Source: Malacoraja senta
Taxonomy: Eukaryota
Assembly: GCA_038087875.1 (NCBI GenBank)
Contig: CM075993.1
Location: 6,202,001-6,266,000 of the forward strand
Direction: 5' to 3'
Length of the DNA: 64,000 bases
Positions 37,200-49,749 of this stretch are shown in pieces. Within the stretch, counting starts at the first letter, position 1. The number at the start of each line of letters is the position of its first letter. A program made the translations under genes and the position numbers. The notes beneath the pieces are model-generated. The model was not told where the DNA came from. It did not search any database and saw only the letters and a program-made list of their open reading frames with translations.

Positions 37200-37331
37200 G
37201 GAGAGAGGGAGGAGAGAGGGGAGAGGGAGGGGGGGAGAGAGAGAGGCTGAGAATGAGAGATTGAGATAGTATGTGTGTGAGAGTGTCTGTGAGAGTGAGA
37301 GAGTGTGAGGAGAGTGAGGAAAGTGAGAGAG

Positions 37332-37425
<94 letters not shown>

Positions 37426-37531
37426 GGGAGAGAGAGAGGGAGAGAGAGAGGGAGAGAGAGAGGGAGGGAGAGAGGGAGGGAGAGAGAGAGGGAGAGAGAG
37501 AGGGAGAGAGAGAGGGAGAGAGAGGGAGAGA

Positions 37532-37615
<84 letters not shown>
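37200..37615. repeat. (GA)n-rich polypurine microsatellite
   Basis: Read directly. Confidence 0.97.
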
Positions 37616-37618
<3 letters not shown>

Positions 37619-38024
37619 GAATGAACACAGACATTTCAAGATGTCTAATTCAAGTGAGTTTATTGTCATGTGTCCCAGATAGGACAATGAAATTCTTGCT
37701 TTGCTTCAGCACAACAGAACATAGTAGGCATGAATACAGAACAGAACAGTGTGTCCATATACCATTGTATAAATATATACACACATGAATAAATAAAACT
37801 GATAAAGTGCAAATAAACTAATTCAAGATCCACCCCATTCTCTTTCAGTGAGCTGATCTTCAAAGGGTTTCTGTGAAGAGACAGACACGCCCGTAGTTAG
37901 TGTTATAGCAAGACACAAGAGATTTGCCAGGAATGTTGCTGATAAACATGTTTAATCTCTCTAGATTGGCAGCACGTCGCATAAACACACAAAGGACACA
38001 TATCAGCCAGGAACGAGATGATTC

Positions 38025-39298
38025 ATCTATGGAGCGAAGGAAATAGGCAACGTTTCGGGGCCGAAACCCTAACTGGTCCTTGATTAAGCTGCTGGACTTG
38101 CCGAGGCAGCGTGATGTGTAGATGGAGTCAATGGAAGGGAGGTTGGTTTGTGCGATGGTCTTGGCCGCGTCCACATCTCTCTGCGATTTCTTGCGGTCTT
38201 GGATGGAGCTGTTCCCAAACCAAGCCATGATGCATCCCCATAAAATACTTTCCACAGCGCATCTGTGGACGTTGGTGAGAGTTGATGGGGACATGCTGGA
38301 CTTCCTAAGGAAGTAGAGGCGTTGGAGTGCTGGAGTCAATGGAAGGGAGGTCGGTTGGTGTGATGGTCTGGGCTGCGTCCAAGTGGTTTGCCAAAAGGCC
38401 CGATTCCACGTCGAGTAACCCTTGTGACTCACTCAAGTGAAAACAATGTTGAAACCGCAGTGACAGAGGCAGCGAGAAACAGAAGAAAGTTGGGTCATTG
38501 GACACAAACAGATGTTGTGGTAGCGACAATTTGAGCCAAGCTGAGAGAAAAACTCCACAACGAAAACACATCAAAGAAAATACTTCTTGTTATCCATAGT
38601 CAGAGGCATCCATCAGCTTCTGACTCATCAAGACTGCTGGCTCAGTTGCCCCAAGCCATAGTGGCATTTAAGAGATTTTTCCATGGACATGCAGGGAATG
38701 GGGGGATATGGGTCATATGCATCAGAGGAGGGCAGTTTCATAATGTCATAAAAACTAAGGAGCTGATTGTGGACTTTTGAAGGGCACAACATCTGAGGAC
38801 GTACATGCCACTGGGGATAAATGGGGCTACTAGGGTGAGCTGCTTTAAATACCTGGGAATCCACATCGCAAAAGATCTGACATGGACAACACAGGCTGCC
38901 GCACTGGTGAGTAAAGCCTTTACCACCGCAGGCAGCTGAGGAAATTCAGAGTCTCTCTGAGGATCCTCCAGTGTTTCTACTCTGGGGCTGTGGAAAGTAT
39001 TTTATGGGGATGCATCATGGCTTGGTTTGGGAACAGCTCCATCCAAGACCGCAAGAAATCGCAGAGAGATGTGGACGCGGCCAAGACCATCGCACAAACC
39101 AACCTCCCTTCCATTGACTCCATCTACACCTCACGCTGCCTCGGCAAGTCCAGCAGCTTAATCAAGGACCAGTTAGGGTTTCGGCCCGAAACGTTGCCTA
39201 TTCCTTCGCTCCATAGATGCTGCTGCACCCGCTGAGTTTCTCCAGCACTTTTGTCTACCTTCGATTTTCCAGCACCTGCAGTTTCTTCTTAAACACTG
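38025..39298. repeat. Inverted/direct chimeric duplication of 40988-42012 bounded by PLE family B ends
   Basis: 38025-39000 is the reverse complement of 40988-41973; 38987-39257 is a direct copy of 41737-42012; TSD GAGATGA(T/C)TC at 38015-38024 and 39299-39308. Confidence 0.85.
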
Positions 39299-39375
39299 GA
39301 GATGACTCTCCTGATCTTGTGGCCCTTTTCTCATGTTTTCATCAGCAGTCTATTCCAAGAATCTTTCAACAGGGT

Positions 39376-40060
39376 TACATCGGCGAGTCCAAGCGTAGAC
39401 CGGGCGATCGTTTCGCGGAACACCTCCGCTCAGTCCGCCTGAACCTACCTGATCTCCCGGTTGCCAAAACACTTTAATTCTCCTTCCCATTCCCACACTG
39501 ACCTTGTCTGAAGAAGGGTTTCGGCCCGAAAACGTTGCCTATTTCCTTCACTCCATAGATGCTGCTGCACCCACTGAGTTTCTCCAGCACTTTTGTCTAC
39601 CCACACTGACCTTTCTGTTCTGGGCCTCCTCCATTGTCAAGAGTGAGGCTAAAGGCAAATTGGAGGAACAGCATCTCATATTTCGCTTGGGCAGCTTACA
39701 GCTCAGTGTATGAATATTGAGTTCTCTAACTTCAGGTAGCCCCGGCATTCCCTCTCTCTCCATCCCTCCCCCACCCAAGTCGCACCAGCTTCTCGTTCTC
39801 ACCCAACAAACAGCTAACAATGGCCTGTTTCCATTATCATTGTTACTTTTTTGCATATCTTTCATTCATTGTTCTTTATCTCTCCCCATCACCGTCTATA
39901 TCTCTCCTTTCCCTTATCCCTAACCAGTCTGAAGCAGGGTCTCGACCTGAAGCGTCACCCATTCCTTCTCTCCAGAGATGCTGCCTGTCCCGCTGAGTTA
40001 CTCCAGCATTTTGTGTCCATCTTCAATTTAAACCAGCATCTGCAGTTCCTTCCTGCACAC
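39376..40060 (+). mobile_element. Penelope-like element 3' part: GIY-YIG endonuclease C-terminus and pLTR (family A), with a family B insertion at 39506-39599
   Basis: YIGESKRRPGDRFAEHLRSVR..LPVAK(H)FN..KLEEQHLIFRLGSLQ..MNIEFSNFR*; nested TSD CCCACACTGACCTT (39492-39505 / 39600-39613). Confidence 0.9.
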
Positions 40061-40689
40061 TGAGATGTTATTGGTTAAGTTAGAGATACAGTGCGGAAAC
40101 AGGCCCTTCGGCCCACCGAGTCCGTACCGACCAGCGATCTCCCGTGTCATAATATCCCACTTTCGCATCCTACACGCGAGGGGCCGATGAACCTACAAAC
40201 CTGCACGTCTTTGGGATGTGGGAGGAAACCGGAGCACCCGGAGAAATCCCACCTATAATCAGTGTAGAATTCACTGCTCATTATAAAACCAGAAAACAGG
40301 GAACTGCAGCTGCCGGTTTACAAAAAAAAGGACACAAAGTGCTGGAGTAACTCAGGCAGCATCTCTGGAGAACATTGGTCGGGCTGAACAAACTATGTCT
40401 GAAGAAGGGTCCCGACCCAAAACGTCACCTATCCATGCTCCCCAGCGATGAGAGGAGGATGGGGCAGTTAGAGAGGTGGTTGTGGAACTGTCTCCGGTGA
40501 GAGGAGGAAATTCTCCCAATTTTATCCCCTCCCCTTCATCAGCCCTCTGGTTGTCTCCTCCCATCCCCCAGCCCTCGGGCTCCTCCTCCACCTGTTTTCC
40601 TTTTTTCTTTTCTTTCCCCACCCCCTATCAGTCTGAAGAAGGGTTTCGGCCCGAAACGTTACAAGAGACACAACACAACCGTAATTAGT

Positions 40690-41165
40690 CCCTGGTGAGA
40701 TCAGAGTTTACAGTCCTGATGGCCTGTAGGAAGAAACTCCGTCTCATCCTCAGCGTGACAGCGGAGGCGTTTGCCTGACCGTAGCAGCTGGAACAGTCCA
40801 TTGCTGGGGTGGAAGGGGTCCCCCATAATGTTGCTGGCTCTGGATCTGCACCTTCTGATGTATAGTTCCTGCAGGGGGGGCGAGTGTGGTTCCCATAGTG
40901 CGTTCGGCTGAACGCATTACTCTCTGCAGAGCCTTCCTGCCCTGGGCAGAGCAGTTCCCAAACCAGATTGAGATGTTGCTGGACAAGATGCTTTCTACAG
41001 CCCCAGAGTAGAAGCACTGGAGGATCCTCAGAGAGACTCTGAATCTCCTCAGCTGCCTGCGGTGGTAAAGGCTTTACTCACCAGTGCAGTAGCGTGTGTT
41101 GTCCATGTCAGATCCTCTGTGATAGGGACTCCCAAGGTATTTAAAGCAGCTCACCCTGTCCACAG
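40690..41165 (-). mobile_element. Rex1/Babar-type LINE fragment
   Basis: FKYLG..DLTWT..LRQLRRF..AVESILS..WFGNCSAQGRKALQRVMRSAER..SFFLQAIR. Confidence 0.8.
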
Positions 41166-41609
41166 TAGCCCCATTTATCCCCAGTGGCGTGTACGTCCTC
41201 AGATGTTGTGCCCTTCAAAAGTCCACGATCAGCTCCTTAGTTTTTATGACATCATGAAACTGCCCTCCTCTGATGCATATGACCCATATCCCCCCATTCC
41301 CTGCATGTCCATGGAAAAATCTCTTAAATGCCACTATGGCTTGGGGCAACTGAGCCAGCAGTCTTGATGAGTCCGAAGCTGATGAATGCCTCTGACTATG
41401 GATGACAAGAAGTATTTTCTTTGATGTATTTTCGTTGTGGACTTTTTCTCTCAGCTTGGCTCAAATTGTCGCTACAACAAAATCTGTTTGTGTCCAATGA
41501 CTCAACTTTCTTCTGTTTCTCGCTGCCTCTGTCACTGCGGTTTCAACATTGTTTTCACTTTGGTGAGTCACAAGGGTTACTCGACATGGAATCGGGCCCT
41601 TTGGCCAAC

Positions 41610-42400
41610 CGCTTGGACGCAGCCCAGACCATCACACCAACCGACCTCCCTTCCATTGACTCCACCACTCCAACGCCTCTACTTTCTTAGGAAGTCCAGC
41701 ATGTCCCCATCAACTCTCACCAACGTCCACAGATGCGCTGTGGAAAGTATTTTATGGGGATGCATCATGGCTTGGTTTGGGAACACCTCCATCCAAGACC
41801 GCAAGAAATCGCAGAGAGATGGGAACAGCTCCATCCAAGACCATCGCACAAACCAACCTCCCTTCCATTGACTCCATCTACACCTCACGCTGCCTCGGCA
41901 AGTCCAGCAGCTTAATCAAGGACCAGTTAGGGTTTCGGCCCGAAACGTTGCCTATTTCCTTCGCTCCATAGATGCTGCTGCACCCGCTGAGTTTCTCCAG
42001 CACTTTTGTCTATAATCAAGGACCAGACTCACCCCTGGCCACTCCCTCTTCTCCCCTCTCCCATCAGGCAAGAGGTGCAGAAGTGTGAAAACGCACACCT
42101 CCAGATTCAAGGGACAGTTTCTTCCCAGTTGTTATTTGGCAACTGAACCATCCTATCACCAACTGGAGAGCAGTCCTGAACTATTATCTACCTCATTGAA
42201 GACCCCTCGGACTATCCTTGATCAAACTTTAATGGCTTTACCTTGCACTAAACATTATTCAAGTTATTCCCCTTATCATGTATCTGTACACTGTGAAAGG
42301 CTCGATTGTAATCATGTATTGTCTTTCCGCTGACTGGTTAGCACGCAACAAAAGCTTTTCACTGTACCTTGGTACACGTGACAATAAACTGAACTAACTA
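41610..42400 (+). mobile_element. Rex-type LINE 3' remnant with a PLE family B insertion (41927-42012)
   Basis: QRLYFLRK..AVESIL.GCI.AWFGN; nested TSD TAATCAAGGACCAG; tail CACTGTACCTTGGTACACGTGACAATAAA. Confidence 0.8.
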
Positions 42401-42464
42401 ATCGAGTTCACACCATCTATTATCCTACAAGTTCAATATATTGTCATATACACAAGTACATTTA

Positions 42465-43141
42465 AGGGCCTGTCCCACTTGGGCATCAGTTGGTTCAAGA
42501 TTCAAGATTCAAGAGAGTTTATTGTCATGTGCCCCAGATAGGACAATGAAATTCTTGCTTTGCTTCAGCACAACAGAACATAGTAGGCATGAATACAGAA
42601 CAGATCAGTGTGTCCATATACCATTATATAAATATATACACACATGAATAAATAAACTGATAAAGTGCAAATAAACAGATAATGGGCTATTAATGTTCAG
42701 AGTTGAGTTTAATAGCCTGATGGCTGTGGGGAAGTAGCTGTTCCTGAACCTGGACGTTGCAGTCTTCAGGCTCCTGTACCTTCTACCTGAAGGTAGCGGG
42801 GAGATGAGTGTGTGGCCAGGATGGTGTGGGTCCTTGATGATGCTGGCAGCCTTTTTGAGGCAGCGACTGCGATAGATCCCCTCGATGGAAGGGAGGTCAG
42901 AGCCGATGATGGACTGGGCAGTGTTTACTACTTTTTGTAGTCTTTTCCGCTCCAGGACGCTGCATTTGCGCGGCATTTACGCTACATCATTTACGCGTGA
43001 TGTCACGTGATGCGCGCATGGTGCGTGGTGACGTAGGCAGTGACGCGCAATCGCACGTGTCGCCCCAGGATTTTGGGATGTACAAAATCTTCGCGCGCCA
43101 CCTGCGTGACGTGCAAATGCCGCCCAAGTGGGACAGGCCCT
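42465..43141. mobile_element. Harbinger MITE carrying a nested minus-strand Rex-type LINE fragment (~42494-42960)
   Basis: TTA TSD on both sides; TIRs; internal ORF ERKRLQKVVNTAQSIIG..IIKDPHHPGH..LPSGRRYRS..FRNSYFPTAIRLLN. Confidence 0.88.
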
Positions 43142-43470
43142 TTAGTTTAGTTTAGTTTAGTTTGGAGGTACGACACGGAAATGGACCCTTTGACCCACTG
43201 AGTCTGCGCCAACAATCGATCGATCGCCCATCAATAGTTCTTTCCCAAACACGAGGGACAATTTACAACCAAAGGCAATTAATCTACAAACCCGCGCGGG
43301 CTTTGGAGTGTGGGAGGAAGCCGAAGCACCCGGAGAAAACCCGGGTTCGATCCCAACGACGGGTGCTTGTCTGTACGGAGTTTGCACGTTCTCCCCGTGA
43401 CCAGGTCGGGATAGAACCCGGGTCTCTGGCGCTGCAAGGCAGTAGCTCTACCGCTGCGCCAGCGTGCCGC
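43142..43470 (-). mobile_element. V-SINE with an internal inversion (43340-43402)
   Basis: Plus-oriented B-box/V-domain segment embedded in a minus-strand copy. Confidence 0.8.
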
Positions 43471-43668
43471 CACAGATGGACATGGGCGACAAAGAGTAGT
43501 TGCTTCCATTTACGTTTCACTGGGGAGTTCTTCCTCTGTTCTTGGCTCAGGCTGTTCATTGTGACCAGGAAATCTGCCCACGTCGGACAACGGCAACTTT
43601 ACCCTGCCTCCCACTGCTTCACTCGCTTGTTTTCACTTCAATCAGTCACTCAGAGTTAAGCGGCATTC

Positions 43669-43840
43669 CGACACTGACCTTTCTGTCCTGGGCCTCCTCC
43701 AGCGTCAGAGTGAGTGAGGCCCAGCGCAAATTGGAGGAACCGCATCTCGTATTTCGCTTGGGCAGCTTACACCCCAGTGGTATGAGCGTTGACTTCTCTA
43801 ACTTCAAGTAACTCCTGCATTCCCCTTCCCCCTCTATTCC
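43669..43840 (+). mobile_element. Penelope GIY-YIG C-terminal fragment
   Basis: EAQRKLEEPHLVFRLGSLHPSGMSVDFSNFK*. Confidence 0.85.
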
Positions 43841-44370
43841 CCCCCTTCTCCTCAGGGTGATCGGAGGCCAGCGCGGACTCGGTGGGCCGAACGGCCTGTT
43901 TCTGCGCTGTATCTCTAAACTAAACCAAACTAAACTAAAGTCTAAAGAAAAGCAAAATGTTTGGCCCTGATTTGTTCCTGCCTCAACTACAGTATCTCTT
44001 CAGGCAGCTCGTTCCATCCACTCACCAACACCTGAGTGCAACAGTTGCCGCTAAGGTTCGTATTAAACCTTTCCCTTCTTTGCTTCCCTACCTCCAGTTC
44101 CCCCCTCCCCACCTCTACCCTGTGTCTGAAGAAGCGTTCCAACCCGAAATGTCACCCATCCTTTTTCTCCAGAGATGCTGCCCGTCCCGCTGAGTTGCTC
44201 CAGCACTATCTACGGTTTAAACCAGCATCTGCAGTTCCCTGACCCTCCGACATGTTTTGAGCTATTAATACTCCACAGTAAAGTGGACCATAAGGGCCTG
44301 AGAACGGAACTGATGTCAAAGGTCGTTCCTGAAGGGAACTATTTCCCAGACCCAGCGGGCGATTTCCAAG

Positions 44371-44524
<154 letters not shown>

Positions 44525-44767
44525 AAGAGACCCATCCATGGTGGCACGACGGTAGACTTGCTGCTTTACAGAGCTTACAGTGCCAGGGGTTCGATCCCGG
44601 CAACGGGTGCTGTCTGAGCAATTAATAGAAAACTTGTTCTATTTCCATTTGCTTCAGTCAACTTGCATCAAGCTGGACCCTCAAATGCAGCAAGAATCTT
44701 GTTTTCATTTTGAAGGTGAAACGTTTTAGTAAATTGTCGGATATTGAGGCAGGTTTTATCTACTTCT

Positions 44768-45520
44768 GGGTGGCACGGTGGCGCAGCGGTAGAGTTGCTG
44801 CCTTACAGCGCTTACAGCGCCAGAGACGCTGGTTCGATCCCGACCACGGGTGCTGTCGGTACGGAGTTTGTACGTTCTCCCCGTGACCGCGTGGGTTTTC
44901 TCCGAGAACTTCAGTTTCCTCCCACACTTCAAAGACGTACAGGTTTGAAGGTTAATTGGCTTGGTATAAAATGTAAAAATTGGCCCCAGTGTAGACGAGT
45001 GTGCTGGGATCGCTGGTTGGCACGGACTCGGTGGGCCGAAGGGCCTGTTTCTGCGGTGTATCTCTAGACTAAACTAGACTAAACTAAAGATAACGTACCG
45101 TTCCTGATTGTCCATTATATTGGCTCGGATCCAGGGAACAGCACTGGTGGGAAGGGGAAGGGTAGGAAGTGGGAAATATACTGGTTTTCCCAACAGATCA
45201 AATCCTGCTCTCATGAGATTTTGTTTAATTCAGTTTAGAGATACAGCGCGGGAACAGGCCCTTCGGCCCACCGAGTCGGCGCTGACCAGCGATCCCCACA
45301 CACTAACACTATCCTACACACACTGGGGAAAATTCACCCTTATACCCAGCCAATTAACCTACAAACCTGCAAGTCTTTGGAGTGTGGGTGGAAACCGGAG
45401 CACCCGGAGAAAACCCACGCAGTTCACGGGGAGAACGTACAAAATCTGTACAGCCAGCACCCATAGTCGGGATCGAACCCATGTCTCCGGTGCTGTAAGG
45501 CAGAAACTCTACCGCTGCAC
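44768..45520. mobile_element. Two V-SINEs (plus 44768-45088, minus 45230-45520)
   Basis: Both match the consensus. Confidence 0.88.
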
Positions 45521-45545
45521 AAAGATTGAATGTGTTTGCAAAGTC

Positions 45546-46057
45546 TTTTTTAATTCTTTTTATTTAATTATTTATTTTTATTAGAAGTAAGTACAATTGT
45601 ATACAATCATATTTTCATAATACATTTTATGTACAGCTTCTTATTTTTTAAATTTTGTAATAAAGAAGAAAAAGAAAAAGAAATTAGATAATGAAGAATA
45701 GAAAAATGTGAGATATATAGTGTGTGGAAAAGAAAGATAGAGAGTGAAAGAAGAAAGTTAAGAAATAGAAAATAGAAGAAAAAGAGTAAAAGAAGAAAAG
45801 AGAAGAAAAAGAAAAGAGAAGTAAGGAGATCATTTATAATCTTGACCATCCCTCACCCAATCACGGATTAGCTTTTACACCTGTGTTGCACCATATGATT
45901 CCAAAAAGACGACAAATGGAGACCAACTCGTTATGAATTGGTCAGATTTATCTATTAGGAGGAATCGCATTTCCTCAAGGTGTGTGGTATCCAACATACT
46001 TGCAATCCACATTTTGAGCGTTGGTATTGGTGTATTTTTCCAAAATTTCAATATTAA
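45546..46057 (-). mobile_element. L1-clade LINE 3' end (ORF2 C-terminus 45875-46057, pyrimidine-rich UTR, A-rich tail)
   Basis: Manual translation LILKFWKNTPIPTLKMWIASMLDTTHLEEMRF..DQFITSWSPFVVFL; 13-bp TSD TGTTTGC(A/G)AAGTC at 45533-45545 and 46058-46070. Confidence 0.85.
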
Positions 46058-46367
46058 TGTTTGCGAAGTCTGATAGACCCTGTTGAAAGTCCCTGATGGG
46101 AACTATAAAGATCTTCATGTGGAAGGTATTAGTTAACAAAAATATATATTTCCGACAGTTTTGAATTTAAGCCATTGCTTTAAAATGGTAAGAATGTGGG
46201 TGAAGAGATGAACACCTTTAGAAGGAACTTGTTAGCATTGGCAATGTGGAGGTTTTCTTTTGATTTTGCCATTATTTTTGAAGGTGGCTTTGATCGAAGG
46301 CACAGCATAAGGATTATAATATTTGTTCAAGCTACCAGGCACTCTCTAAATTCCCACACACCTAAAC

Positions 46368-46900
46368 TTTAGTTTAGTATAGTTTGGAGGTACAGCATGG
46401 AAACAGGCCCTTCGGCCCACCGAGTCTGCACCGACCAGCGATCCCCGCACATTAACACCATCCTACACTCACTAGGGATCAATTAGCCTACAAACCTGCA
46501 CGTCTTTGGAGTGCGGGAGGAAACCGGAGCACCTGGGGAAAACCCACGCAGGTCACGGGGGGAACGTGCAAACGCCGCGCAGACAGCACCCGTAGTTGTG
46601 ATTGAACCGGGGTCTCTGGCGCTGTAAGGCAGCAACTCTACCGCTGCGCCACCGTGCCGCCCAACTTGCGTCGTCTATCCCACCTATCTGCAGAGAAGGG
46701 AATTTGACCGTGAGGTGACATGAAATCCGATCCTGCTCGGAAAGGGAGCGCAGCGGTAGAGTTGCTGCCTTACAGCGAATGCAGCGCCAGAGACACGGGT
46801 TCGATCCCGACTACGGATGCTGTCTGTACGGAGTTTGTACGTTCTCCCCGTGACCTGCGTGGGTTTTCTCCGAGATCTTCGGTTTCCTCCCACCCTCCAA
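46368..46900. mobile_element. Two V-SINEs head to head (minus 46368-46662, plus 46747-46900)
   Basis: Both match the consensus. Confidence 0.85.
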
Positions 46901-47207
46901 AGTGCCAAGGGTTACGGGGAGAAGGCAGGAAAATGCCAAGTCAATGGTTATTTTAAAGGCAGAGTTAGACAGATTCTTGATTGGACTCAAAATGCTGGAG
47001 TAACTCAGCGGGACACGGCATCTCTGGAGAGAGGAATGGGTGACGTTTCGGGTCGAGGCCCTTCTTTAGACTTGATTAGTACAGGAGTCATGGGTTATGG
47101 GGAGACGGCAGGGGGAGAGGGGGCGAGGGAGATTGAATGGTGGGGTAGACCTGGTGGGCTGAATGGCCTAAAATTCTGCTCCTATCACTTATGTACTCAT
47201 GAACTTA

Positions 47208-47713
47208 AGGACCTGTCCCACTTGGGCGACCTAATCCGCGAGTTCTAGCGAGTTTGCCCTCGACTCATACTCGCAGCATGGTCGACACGAGTTCGTAGGA
47301 GGTCTACATAACTCTCCTTCATGCTCGAGAGTGGTCTCCGCGTACTCAAGGCCTCAGCTAGGTCACGGCATTTTTTTCAATATAAAAAAAAAATGCCCGC
47401 GAGTAAAAAAACGTCGATACTTTTTTTACTCTAGGTTTAGTCGGAGTAGGTCGGCACGTTAGTCGTAGGTAATCGAGGGTAGTCGAAGGTAGTCGAAGAT
47501 AGTCTTCAACATGGTCGAAGGGAGGTCGAAGGGAGGTCGAAGGAGATCGAAGGAGGTCGTCTTCACTCTCCGCTATTCGGTGTCCAATTTCCCCGAAGTT
47601 AGTCGTAGCTAGTCCTAGCTAGTCTTCAACATAGTCGAAGGAGGTCTTCAACATGTCATTTTTTCAAACTCTTCTAAACTCGCCAATTAGGTCGCCCAAG
47701 TGGGACAGCCCCT
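47208..47713. mobile_element. PIF/Harbinger MITE
   Basis: TIRs CCTGTCCCACTTGGGCGACCTAAT / ATTAGGTCGCCCAAGTGGGACAG; TWA flanks; collinear with 34362-34934. Confidence 0.9.
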
Positions 47714-48134
47714 TAATGATCCAAACCTTGCTTATCCAACCTCTCCTTAATATTAATAATTAGTAGTGAATCCCTTGACTACGTGTAGGAACTTTAGGAT
47801 GCAGGATGAAAGTGGCGCTATAGAAATGCAAGTATTTGTACCATTTAGTGATGAGTCCAATAGTAGTTGTTAGTGGAGTGACTTGACTTGTTCTCTCTAA
47901 TGACACAGTAATCACTCTTTACATGGGCATAAGACGTATGGTTTTTGGAGTAATTAAGAACGACATGTTTTTAATTAACCCAATTATTAAGAATAGATGA
48001 GGTTTAATTAATATGTTATCTGTATTGACAGTTGTTGGAAGCATAGTGGTTTTTCCTGGAAGTTTTCTCATCCCATTTAATGGGTATTCCCACTCCATGT
48101 TAGATCTCTCATTCCTTTTTGCTCAGGATAAACC

Positions 48135-48870
48135 TTCCCTCTCCTTCTCTCTCCCCCTCTCTCCCCCTCGCCCCCTCCCCTCTCTCCCTCTCCCCCCTCT
48201 CTCCCCCTCGCCCTCTCTCCCCCTCTCCCCTCTCCCACCCCATCTCTCCCCCTCTCCCCCTCTCTCCCCCTCTCTCCCCTCTCTCCCTCTCCCCCTCTCC
48301 CCTCTCCCACCCCATCTCTCCCCCTCTCTCCCTCACCCCCTCTTCCCTCTCCCCTCTCTCCTCTCCTCTCTCCTCTCTCCTCTCTCCTCTTCCCCTCTCC
48401 CCTCCCCCCTCTCCCCTCTCCCCCTCTCCCCTCTCTTCCTCTCCCCTCTCTCCCTCTCCCCTCTCCCCTCTCCCCTCTCCCTCTCCCCTCACCCCTCTCC
48501 CCTCTCCCCTCTCCCCTCTCCCCCTCTCTCCCCTCACTCCTCTCCCCTCTCCTCTCCCCTCTCTCCCCTCACCCCTCACTCCTCTCCCCTCTCCCCTCTC
48601 CCCTCTCTCCTCTCCCCTCTCCCCTCTCCCCTCTCCCCTCTCCCCTCTCCCCTCTCCCCTCTCTCCTCTCCCCTCTCCCCTCTCTCCTCTCCCCTCTCCC
48701 CTCTCCCCTCTCTCCTCTCCCCTCTCCCCTCTCTCCTCTCCCCTCTCCCTCTCCCCTCTCCCCTCTCTCCTCTCCCCTCTCCCCTCTCCCCTCTCCCCTC
48801 TCCCCTCTCCCCTCTCTCCTCTCTCCTCTCTCCTCTTCCCCTCTTCCCCTCTCCCCTCTCCCCTCTCCCC
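48135..48870. repeat. Polypyrimidine (CCCCTCT)n-like repeat
   Basis: Read directly; explains the Pro/Ser/Leu and Gly/Glu/Arg ORFs. Confidence 0.97.
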
Positions 48871-49308
48871 ACTGCCTGCATCTGCAGTTCTTTGTTTCAA
48901 CAAGGTGATCTGGCTGACGAGTGGCTGGAAGAAGAGACATTGAGAACATGGACGAAAGAAAATACGGGAGCAGTAAAACCCACAGCAGGAAGAACTTCCC
49001 CTCGTTCCTCCTCGCAGTGTAACAAGCTTCTTGTGCTGAAGACAGACACAAAAAGCTGGAGTAACTCAGCGGGACAGGCAGCGTCTCTGGAGAGAAGGAA
49101 TGGGTGACGTTTCGGGTCGAGCCCCTTCTTCAGACTCGTGTCTCCCTCCCTCTTCTGATGCAGGTCTTTGATTCTGTTTCTCTTCCCACAGACGACCTCT
49201 GACCTGCTGAACATTCACCGCTAATCCTGTATTTATATTTTACAAAGACTGGTCTAGGCTGCAATCCTACAAAGGGTGTGCTGGTCCTTGAGGATCTCTG
49301 CAGAGTTA

Positions 49309-49391
49309 CGGGCCCTGTCCCACTTGGGCGTCATTTGCGCGTCACGCAGATGGCGCGCGAAGATTTTGTACATCCCAACATCCTGGGGCGA
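49309..49391. mobile_element. Truncated Harbinger MITE (one TIR)
   Basis: GGCCCTGTCCCACTTGGGCGTCATTTGC; reverse complement of the right end of 529-729. Confidence 0.7.
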
Positions 49392-49749
49392 CCCCCCTCC
49401 ACTGCACACTGGCCAACCTGAGGAGCACCTTCAGCAACAGACTGGTTCCCACCAAGATGCAGGACAGAACGCCACAGGAGATCCTTCTTCCCTGTGGCTA
49501 TCGAACTGGACAACTCCTCCCCCTTCTGTCGTGGGGAAGACTGACTCCCCACCCCCCCCTCAATCATTGCACATCCCCAATTGTGGACTTTCCACTCATC
49601 ACTTAAAAAATTAAAATAAAAAAAAATCTTTGATATCTTTTTTATTTCGAACGATTAAAGTTTAATTTCATGTTTCATGTATCTGGTCGTGTTTTATGAT
49701 TGTTGGCAGATCAACTTCTCTCCTGGGATAAATAAAGTTCCATCGTATT

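Noticed and set aside
48013..49107. 364 aa Pro/Ser/Leu-rich (extensin-like) ORF
   Set aside because: Translation of the polypyrimidine repeat
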